In this document: positions 8,707-13,884 of the stretch, in pieces
Numbering within the stretch: the first letter of the stretch is position 1
Layout: every line of letters starts with the position of its first letter
DNA from: an uncultured Gammaproteobacteria bacterium
GTDB taxonomy: Bacteria > Patescibacteriota > Microgenomatia > Levybacterales > GWA1-39-11
Direction: 5' to 3'
NCBI GenBank assembly: GCA_964519355.1
Contig: CAZFJW010000002.1
Coordinates: forward strand, 1 to 35,508
Length of the DNA stretch: 35,508 nucleotides
Position numbers and translations under genes: made by a program
The notes under the pieces: model-generated
Databases searched by the model: none
What the model was told of the DNA's origin: nothing
Seen by the model: the letters and a program-made list of their open reading frames with translations, nothing else

Positions 8707-9498
8707 ATGGCAATCCCACCTCCAGCTAAGAAAAAAAAGGTTTTTCCCAAGACAAAAAAGGGAATTATCCGCCTTTTTATTGTTCGAACGATTGCAAATT
8801 TTTTAATACTTTTTACTGTCTTTGGAATAATACTTACCTTTGCACCAGCAATTTATTATGAAGTGTCATACCGCATGCTCAAATTGAAGGGGTACGAGTT
8901 TGTGTTATCTGACAATGCACTTGATTCTGAACTCAATAAAATTTTGGATCGTCAAAAAGCACTTGCATCAGGAAGTGCAGAAAAGAGCGAGGAGTTACCT
9001 GATATTTCATTTCTTGAAGCAATCCTTTCTGATGGTACGAGAGCTCAGATTACGCCGAAATCTGTTGATTTCGGAATTGTAATTCCCAAAATCGGTGCGA
9101 ACGAAGAGGTGATAATAAATGTCGATCCTGAAAATCAAGATCAATACAATGAGGTTCTCAAGCACTCTGTTGCGCATGCCAGGGGGTCATCGCTTCCCGG
9201 TCTTGGCGGCTCGACATATCTTTTTGCACATTCAGCCACGACTTTTTGGGATGTAGGGCGGCATAATGCGCTTTTTTATCTCATAAAAGATCTTGAAAAC
9301 GGAGACGATATTGTTGTGTTCTTTGACAGGAAAAGACACAACTATAAAGTGGTAGACAAACAAACGATTGATGCAGAAGACACACATTTTCTTACTACCG
9401 ATAGAGGAGAGGGTGAAGAATTACTCTTGCAGACATGCTGGCCTCCTGGAACCACGCTGAAGCGTCTTGTTGTTATTGCCAAGCCTGTTATAAATTAA
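8707..9498 (+). CDS. Sortase-family transpeptidase
   Basis: It has an N-terminal TM anchor, a catalytic His context (YLFAHS), the LLLQTCWPPG TLxTC-type Cys motif, and a downstream Arg (TLKRLVV). Confidence 0.8.
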   Translation: MAIPPPAKKKKVFPKTKKGIIRLFIVRTIANFLILFTVFGIILTFAPAIYYEVSYRMLKLKGYEFVLSDNALDSELNKILDRQKALASGSAEKSEELPDISFLEAILSDGTRAQITPKSVDFGIVIPKIGANEEVIINVDPENQDQYNEVLKHSVAHARGSSLPGLGGSTYLFAHSATTFWDVGRHNALFYLIKDLENGDDIVVFFDRKRHNYKVVDKQTIDAEDTHFLTTDRGEGEELLLQTCWPPGTTLKRLVVIAKPVIN

Positions 9499-9550
9499 GA
9501 CACTGCATTTCTAATCATAGCTCATAAGAGTTAGCATCATACTTAAAAAC

Positions 9551-9578
9551 TTGACATTTTCTTGTCCTGTAGTATAAT
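9551..9578 (+). promoter_or_regulatory. Near-consensus sigma70-type promoter of the GC-rich unit
   Basis: TTGACA (9551-9556), a 16-nt spacer, then TATAAT (9573-9578). Confidence 0.6.
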
Positions 9579-9634
9579 TCACAATAGCTTTGAGGGATGA
9601 GATACCTCGAAGACTTTCACAGGAGGGATCAGCA

Positions 9635-9751
9635 ATGATCCGTCACAACATCTCGACCAACACGCGCTCCATGAGTGGCTGCCACGACGGCGACGTCGAG
9701 TCGCACCTGCTCGTCCGCGCGACGCCGCCGGCCTTCGCGAATTCCGCGTAA
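9635..9751 (+). CDS. Candidate 38-aa miniprotein (MIRHNISTNTRSMSGCHDGDVESHLLVRATPPAFANSA)
   Basis: AGGAGGG (9621-9627) lies 7 nt upstream of ATG 9635. Hand-counted G+C by codon position is 21/38, 20/38 and 35/38. The ORF is too short for the ORF track. The start codon sits in the loop/3'-arm junction of the hairpin GGATC(9626-30)/GATCC(9637-41). Confidence 0.4.
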   Translation: MIRHNISTNTRSMSGCHDGDVESHLLVRATPPAFANSA

Positions 9752-9956
9752 GAACCCGGCGCCGCCGTAACCCTGTCAGAGCCAGGGAAACGGCACTCCG
9801 GCCCACAAGGCCGGAAACGAGAACGGCGTATTCGTTCACGTGACCCCAAAAGGGTCGCAAATCCAGACGGACTCGTCCGTCACGCGCATCGGGAGATGCA
9901 ACTTCGGGTTCGCCCGCAGGGAGTCTTCCCAACGCTCGAGCCTCCGGGCTCACACC

Positions 9957-9991
9957 GAGGCGGCAGTAACCCTGCCGCCTCTTTCTATTTA
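9957..9991 (+). terminator. Rho-independent terminator
   Basis: GAGGCGGCAG (9957-9966), loop TAACCC, CTGCCGCCTC (9973-9982), then TTTCTATTT. Confidence 0.75.
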
Positions 9992-10004
9992 GAAGACTTT
10001 ACGC

Positions 10005-10033
10005 TTGATTTTATCTTATAGTTTTGTTATAAT
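10005..10033 (+). promoter_or_regulatory. Consensus-like promoter with extended -10; leaderless geometry
   Basis: TTGATT (10005-10010), a 17-nt spacer ending in TGt, then TATAAT (10028-10033). Only 8 nt separate the -10 from ATG 10042. Confidence 0.6.
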
Positions 10034-10041
10034 TCACACTT

Positions 10042-10677
10042 ATGGTTTCTAAGCTATCAGCTTCTAAAAAATTTGACACCCTTGTTGTTTTGGGGAAAAA
10101 CCACAACATCGGCTGGGGCAAGGAAAAAATTGCCCGTGATAAATACAATCTCAGTCCATATTCAAAGATGAATGTACTTGCCGCTGGTGCATTGTATGTA
10201 AGAGGTTTTACCTCTACAATTATTTTTTCAGGCGGAGCAACTTCTGGTGAGGATATTCTTTCTGAAGCAGAAGCTATGAAAATATATCTTAGAACGAGAT
10301 TTTCAAATCATATGATTCCTGATAAAAAAATTATTCTTGAGGCCAGATCTATTAATACAAAAGAAAATGCAAAATATACAGGGTTAATTGTAAACGAATA
10401 CAAATTCAAGAAAATTGGACTTCTTACTCTTGGATTTCATTCAAGCAGAGCTGAAAAATTCTTCAAGAATGAAGGTATGAAAGTTACAGTTCTTCACGCT
10501 GAAGAAATAATTCGCGAATATGTAAAGTCGTACACTCCATATGTTACAAGACATCTAAGAACTCAAACAGTACGGTTTGAAGTAGTAAAGGAAAAAGTAC
10601 TCGGAAATATCATAAAAGTAGATAGAAATAATTATCTTTTTGGTGCACTTACTCGTCTCACCAGATCAGGTGCATAA
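10042..10677 (+). CDS. DUF218 (YdcF/SanA/ElyC-like) domain protein
   Basis: The pattern LVVLGKN...IIFSGGATSGEDILSEAEAMKIYL...ILEARSINTKENAKYT matches the DUF218 GG...SEA..M..YL...E..S.NT.EN layout. Confidence 0.75.
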   Translation: MVSKLSASKKFDTLVVLGKNHNIGWGKEKIARDKYNLSPYSKMNVLAAGALYVRGFTSTIIFSGGATSGEDILSEAEAMKIYLRTRFSNHMIPDKKIILEARSINTKENAKYTGLIVNEYKFKKIGLLTLGFHSSRAEKFFKNEGMKVTVLHAEEIIREYVKSYTPYVTRHLRTQTVRFEVVKEKVLGNIIKVDRNNYLFGALTRLTRSGA

Positions 10678-10678
10678 T

Positions 10679-11341
10679 ATGGGGAACGAAAGAGATCCAA
10701 TTTTAATAAAATTACCGCGATCGGCTCTTTATAAAGAACTTGGGGAAATTCCGGCAAAATCATCACGTGTTATGCTCGTATTTGGTGATGTGCCGCAGGA
10801 TTCAAGATATGTTCCACAAGAAGGTGTGTCAATTTATGATTGTCATAAATTTCTCAGTCATGAGTCAGCAAGAATTGCAGGAATTGCTGCGACGAGAGTA
10901 TTAAGAAATGTTGAAAGACAAAAAGAAATTGAGGAGCTTGCGAGGGAACAGAAAAGTCCAATGCGTGATGTAATTAATACCGGGCACGAACCGGCAATAA
11001 AAGCCCCACAACCATCTATTGGTGACATAATAATTATTCTGGGTGGTTTTACTCGGCCGAATTATCCGCCCGAATCCCTTGCTCTTTTTTCTGGGATGCT
11101 CCAAGCAGTTCCAGATCTTGCCAATCTTCGTGGCGTTGACATACATCTGGAAGGGAATGATCGTACGAGTACATATGCCAGTATGGATTTTGCACAACGC
11201 GTTATAGAAGCACAGGAACAAAGCAGGGGTCGGGACTTTGTTGAGTCTGTGTCGCTTGTATGTCCTGCACCTCGTATTCAGGCACTATCTATGGCTGCCA
11301 GAAGAGTGAATCTTCGTATCTCAAATGCTACTTCGCTATAA
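10679..11341 (+). CDS. Hypothetical protein, weakly DUF218-like
   Basis: The track ORF starts at 10640. I prefer ATG 10679 (MGNERDPIL), just after the upstream stop. IIIILGGFTRPNYPPESLA...LEGNDRTSTYASMDFA loosely echoes the DUF218 pattern. Confidence 0.55.
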   Translation: MGNERDPILIKLPRSALYKELGEIPAKSSRVMLVFGDVPQDSRYVPQEGVSIYDCHKFLSHESARIAGIAATRVLRNVERQKEIEELAREQKSPMRDVINTGHEPAIKAPQPSIGDIIIILGGFTRPNYPPESLALFSGMLQAVPDLANLRGVDIHLEGNDRTSTYASMDFAQRVIEAQEQSRGRDFVESVSLVCPAPRIQALSMAARRVNLRISNATSL

Positions 11342-11342
11342 A

Positions 11343-12446
11343 TTAGGCTGCAAGGTTGAATCTTTGATCCTGATACGGTCTGGCGAGAATTCTTCCTACT
11401 TTATCTAGTAATTTTGGTTGATATAAAATTCCCATGTGTGTTCCGCCCACTTCAGTTGCTTGGTTCGGATTTTGTGGCTGAGGAACTGTAGAATCGCCTT
11501 CTGTGTAAAAAGTTACAATTTCAATTCGCGGGTCCGGTCCACGAAGTGCATAATCGATCATCATTTCTTCAAGAACTGAAAATCCATCATATTTTTCTGA
11601 ACGCATTGGATCTTCGCTCATTCTTTTTTGAGCGATTCCATGCACGAGCCCCATTACTCCATTTGGCCGGCGTGCTGCGCTGCTAAATTCAGAAATGGTA
11701 TCTTGGGTAATTTCAGGACTTCCGCCCTTTATAACCGTATTTACAATCGGTCTGCCATGTTTTTGCAGCAGATGGTCAGCGGCAAGCTCCATGAACATGC
11801 CTCCAGCTGAAAGTCCAATTCCTGTAACTTCACGATTCCCCGCCTGAAATTCCAGTGTCTCTACAAGATTGAAAAAAGTTTCGGTTTGTAATTCATTGGG
11901 CTCATCATACCCGAACATTACATCATGTCCAAGCCTCTCGACCCATCTGTTAAAAGGAACAAGAAAATCATTTGATTTAATTCCAATCATAGCCTGCATC
12001 GCACTAAGATTAAGATTGCGAATGTTATGAATTGATTGAAAGAGTGTCTGGGAGAAAGGATCCTGCAAAAAAGCTGAGTATGGTTCTTGTATATAGTCTT
12101 CAAGTGCTTCGATCAGGTATTCCGGAGGGGGAGAGAATCCATTGGCAACAACAACTTTTTTGGGGTAGTCTCTAGATAATCCTTCACCAAAAAATATTCT
12201 TCTCATTTCAGTGTCAGAAGAAATGGGCATTTTATTGAATTTTTCCAGCTGCATTCCTGTTATTGCGCCTTCATTCGCCATAGAGCCAAGTAATAGTCCT
12301 ACTTCTGTTCTTCGAAAAGGAATTTCGAAAGGAGCCATGTAGGGATCAAATGTTTTTTCTTGAGAGGAGGGTGAAGACCTGAGAAAAGAAGGATTAAAAC
12401 CTGTATCGGCCTGAGGGGGAGGACCAAGTGTTTCTGTCCTACTCAT
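11343..12446 (-). CDS. Alpha/beta-hydrolase-like protein (esterase/lipase/thioesterase type)
   Basis: 367 aa with a GxSxG-like elbow GIGLSAGGMF and AT-biased third codon positions like the rest of the genome. Its stop lies 1 nt from the stop of the convergent gene. Confidence 0.6.
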   Translation of the reverse strand: MSRTETLGPPPQADTGFNPSFLRSSPSSQEKTFDPYMAPFEIPFRRTEVGLLLGSMANEGAITGMQLEKFNKMPISSDTEMRRIFFGEGLSRDYPKKVVVANGFSPPPEYLIEALEDYIQEPYSAFLQDPFSQTLFQSIHNIRNLNLSAMQAMIGIKSNDFLVPFNRWVERLGHDVMFGYDEPNELQTETFFNLVETLEFQAGNREVTGIGLSAGGMFMELAADHLLQKHGRPIVNTVIKGGSPEITQDTISEFSSAARRPNGVMGLVHGIAQKRMSEDPMRSEKYDGFSVLEEMMIDYALRGPDPRIEIVTFYTEGDSTVPQPQNPNQATEVGGTHMGILYQPKLLDKVGRILARPYQDQRFNLAA

Positions 12447-12465
12447 AAAAAATGCCTATTCTTGA

Positions 12466-12493
12466 ATCATATGCTTATCAGAGGATTTGTCAA
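12466..12493 (-). promoter_or_regulatory. Putative promoter of the hydrolase-like gene
   Basis: The minus strand reads TTGACA (12493-12488), a 16-nt spacer, then TATGAT (12471-12466). Confidence 0.5.
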
Positions 12494-12531
12494 GAAGGTA
12501 ATTGGAATTACAGATAGAAATTGAGGAATAT

Positions 12532-12542
12532 TGTAATATAAT
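12532..12542 (+). promoter_or_regulatory. Putative -10 region for the GC-rich cassette
   Basis: TGTAATATAAT includes TATAAT at 12537-12542. The -35 is weak. The GC-rich sequence starts within about 10 nt downstream. Confidence 0.35.
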
Positions 12543-12641
12543 CACCAGAGAACAAGAGTTTGAAGTGTGGCGTGCGGTCTCTGACTGCTGCCACAGGGAG
12601 AATGCTCGTTACCAATTCGTGATGAAGGAGAGGACTTTCTT

Positions 12642-12965
12642 ATGTCGATCTACTATCCCAAGCACCATGAGTGCGGTGGGGAGATCCAGATGTGGCCGAA
12701 GGGTTTTGGCCTGTGCCTATTGTGCGGATATCGCATCAAGCCAGCCGAAGCTCCCGATCCCAAATGGAGAGAGTTCAGTGTGATCCACATCCATCCGCCG
12801 ATCACCCAAGAAGTCTTGGATGAGACTGATTCGTTCAACGAGGAGCACCGGCAGAGACTTGATCTCGCCGGCCTCACGCCGAATCTCATCCCAGCAGTTC
12901 TTGAGATCGATGCGCAAAACCTTGAAGGCAGGGCTCAGTTGCCCTTTCTTCGGCCATCCGAGTAG
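12642..12965 (+). CDS. Miniprotein A (107 aa) with a zinc-ribbon-like HxxC...CxxC motif
   Basis: GAAGGAGAGG (12624-12633) lies 8 nt before ATG 12642. The sequence reads KHHECGGEIQMWPKGFGLCLLCGYRI. Hand-counted GC3 is 70/107. Confidence 0.6.
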   Translation: MSIYYPKHHECGGEIQMWPKGFGLCLLCGYRIKPAEAPDPKWREFSVIHIHPPITQEVLDETDSFNEEHRQRLDLAGLTPNLIPAVLEIDAQNLEGRAQLPFLRPSE

Positions 12966-12974
12966 GAGGCTGGG

Positions 12975-13223
12975 TTGGCGCTATCGCAAAATGGTCGGGG
13001 GCATGTTGTCCTGATTCTTGAAGACTTTGAGGTCGTGGCTCTTCCGCCATTTACTCGAAGAACCATCAGTTCAGAACTTGCCGAATTTATCGCGCAGCAC
13101 GCGCGAAGGACTCGGCTCAATGGAGACTGGAGAGATCGTGACCATCATGCCACAACCGGTGCGAACACCGGGGCCGTCCCTGCCGGGACTCATTCCTGGG
13201 ATCATTCCCAGGCCCCGGCGTAA
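12975..13223 (+). CDS. Candidate miniprotein B1 (82 aa, TTG start)
   Basis: AGGAGG (12964-12969) lies 5 nt before TTG 12975. The N-terminal half looks protein-like (HVVLILEDFEVVALPPFTRRTISSELAEFIAQHARR). It overlaps alternative frames from 13120 onward. Confidence 0.4.
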   Translation: MALSQNGRGHVVLILEDFEVVALPPFTRRTISSELAEFIAQHARRTRLNGDWRDRDHHATTGANTGAVPAGTHSWDHSQAPA

Positions 13224-13326
13224 TCCGACGCGTCCGCATGAACCGCGTCCTCGTCCAGGCGATCCCCAGGGACCAACGTTCCCTGCAGATCCGCCGCCAG
13301 GTGAACCGCCTTCAAGGAGGGGTTAG
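13120..13326 (+). CDS. Candidate Pro-rich miniprotein B2 (alternative frame)
   Basis: GAAGGA lies 9 nt before ATG 13120, and the TAG stop abuts ATG 13327. However, GC3 is only 12/30 over 13219-13308, which argues against this frame in its 3' part. Confidence 0.25.
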   Translation: METGEIVTIMPQPVRTPGPSLPGLIPGIIPRPRRNPTRPHEPRPRPGDPQGPTFPADPPPGEPPSRRG

Positions 13327-13330
13327 ATGA
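13238..13330 (+). CDS. Candidate 30-aa ORF B3 (MNRVLVQAIPRDQRSLQIRRQVNRLQGGVR)
   Basis: This frame has the highest GC3 locally (26/29 over 13223-13309). Its TGA overlaps the next ATG (ATGA at 13327-13330). No obvious SD. Confidence 0.3.
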   Translation: MNRVLVQAIPRDQRSLQIRRQVNRLQGGVR

Positions 13331-13449
13331 GTTGTCCACATTGTCTCGGGCGTATCCTGCGTGAAGCAGGACGCATGCCGCAAATCGGCGGAAATAATAC
13401 TCCGCCTCAACAGCCGTCAACACCACCTCCTCCCAAGGAGAAAGACTAA
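13327..13449 (+). CDS. Candidate miniprotein C (40 aa) with an N-terminal CPHC knuckle
   Basis: AAGGAGGGG lies 5 nt before ATG 13327. The product is MSCPHCLGRILREAGRMPQIGGNNTPPQQPSTPPPPKEKD. GC3 is low (17/40), so the call is uncertain. Confidence 0.4.
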   Translation: MSCPHCLGRILREAGRMPQIGGNNTPPQQPSTPPPPKEKD

Positions 13450-13450
13450 C

Positions 13451-13615
13451 ATGGGAATGACCGTTCCGCCACCAAGAGTATGTCGCAAGTGCCTGAGTGC
13501 GCTTGAGACGTACATTGCCGCGAATCGCCCCGGAGTTCCCACCTGCACTGGTTGCGGGTGGAGAATCGGGCCGAGAAGGTCTCGAAAGAGAAAAAGGAAT
13601 CGAGGGGATCCCTGA
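13451..13615 (+). CDS. Miniprotein D (54 aa): CxxC-x17-CxxC zinc ribbon with a basic tail
   Basis: AAGGAGAAAG lies 6 nt before ATG 13451. The product is MGMTVPPPRVCRKCLSALETYIAANRPGVPTCTGCGWRIGPRRSRKRKRNRGDP. An in-frame GTG at 13361 is an alternative start (track ORF 13361-13615). Confidence 0.55.
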   Translation: MGMTVPPPRVCRKCLSALETYIAANRPGVPTCTGCGWRIGPRRSRKRKRNRGDP

Positions 13616-13833
13616 TGCCTGCCATTCAAGGGCCACCGCCAAAATTTTGTCCCAAATGTCATGGGACGATGATTGTCGAGCACGACTGGCACGGTACCTA
13701 CGGGTACTGTATTTTGTGCGGTTATCACCACGAGGTGCTGACCTCGCCGCCTATCGATCTGGCGGCAGAAGAGGCGGCGCTGCCTCAGCGTCAAAGGAGG
13801 CGTATGCCCTCACATGCCAAGCAGCGGCTTTAG
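13615..13833 (+). CDS. Miniprotein E (72 aa): CxxC-x16-CxxC zinc ribbon
   Basis: GAGGGG lies 7 nt before ATG 13615, which overlaps the previous stop (TGATG). The sequence reads MPAIQGPPPKFCPKCHGTMIVEHDWHGTYGYCILCGYHH... The track ORF 13552-13833 is in the same frame. Confidence 0.6.
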   Translation: MPAIQGPPPKFCPKCHGTMIVEHDWHGTYGYCILCGYHHEVLTSPPIDLAAEEAALPQRQRRRMPSHAKQRL

Positions 13834-13857
13834 GGCCTGCACCATTCATCACGCCAA

Positions 13858-13884
13858 TGCTCCCCCGCCGCCAGCGGGGGAGCA
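13858..13884 (+). terminator. GC-rich hairpin terminator closing the cassette
   Basis: TGCTCCCCCGC (13858-13868), loop CGCCA, GCGGGGGAGCA (13874-13884): 11 perfect bp. An AT/T-rich tract follows a few nt later (CTAATATTTTTATAATTT). Confidence 0.7.

Larger units (their letters stand above)
9585..9991 (+). other. Discrete GC-rich transcription unit (~400 nt): either a structured ncRNA or a foreign-type mini-gene mRNA
   Basis: The unit lies between the promoter at 9551-9578 and the intrinsic terminator at 9957-9991. Line 9721-9780 has 41/60 G+C, against 19/60 in line 9481-9540. At least 10 local hairpins are present, four of them capped by UNCG/GNRA-type tetraloops. No RNase P, tmRNA or SRP signatures were seen. 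Confidence 0.6.

Noticed and set aside
9609-9928. Long-range helix GAAGACUUUC/GGGAGUCUUC closing the GC-rich RNA
   Set aside because: It is kept only as a remark. A 7-10-bp complementarity within 400 nt of GC-rich sequence is expected by chance several times. It also competes with a local hairpin.
9579-9953. 124-aa minus-strand ORF covering the whole GC-rich unit (also the 68-aa minus ORF at 9643-9849)
   Set aside because: Its composition is Arg/Ala/Gly/Ser-rich, typical of shadow ORFs in GC-rich DNA. Its third codon positions do not coincide with the GC-rich phase. The promoter and terminator orientation both point to + strand transcription. No SD or promoter exists on the minus strand.
9585-9991. 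Identity of the GC-rich unit as RNase P RNA, tmRNA, SRP RNA, 6S RNA, a group I/II intron or a hammerhead ribozyme
   Set aside because: There is no GAGGAAAGUCC P4 element or ACAGAA/CCGGCUUA motif, and no tRNA-like acceptor/T-arm ends or tag ORF. No SRP domain IV motif is present. The GAUGAG...CGAAG at 9595-9611 lacks a stem II, so it is not a hammerhead core. GUUCAC and AAUCCAGAC resemble group I R/Q elements only superficially and occur in the wrong order.
12502-12783. 93-aa + ORF starting in the AT-rich promoter region and overlapping miniprotein A out of frame
   Set aside because: It begins upstream of the putative -10 box, has no SD, and reads through the 5' UTR hairpin. The 12642 ORF has a strong SD and a conserved Cys motif.
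13328-13330. Genome-wide UGA recoding (code 25, as in some CPR lineages) as an explanation for the in-frame TGA
   Set aside because: TGA ends otherwise complete, well-delimited genes here (alpha/beta hydrolase at 3148-3150 and the RTX protein at 17425-17427). Long genes are intact under the standard code.
13202-13794. Minus-strand ORFs 13202-13642 (146 aa) and 13417-13794 (125 aa) inside the cassette
   Set aside because: They are shadow ORFs antisense to SD-led + strand ORFs. They have no start context or motifs, and the terminator orientation is +.
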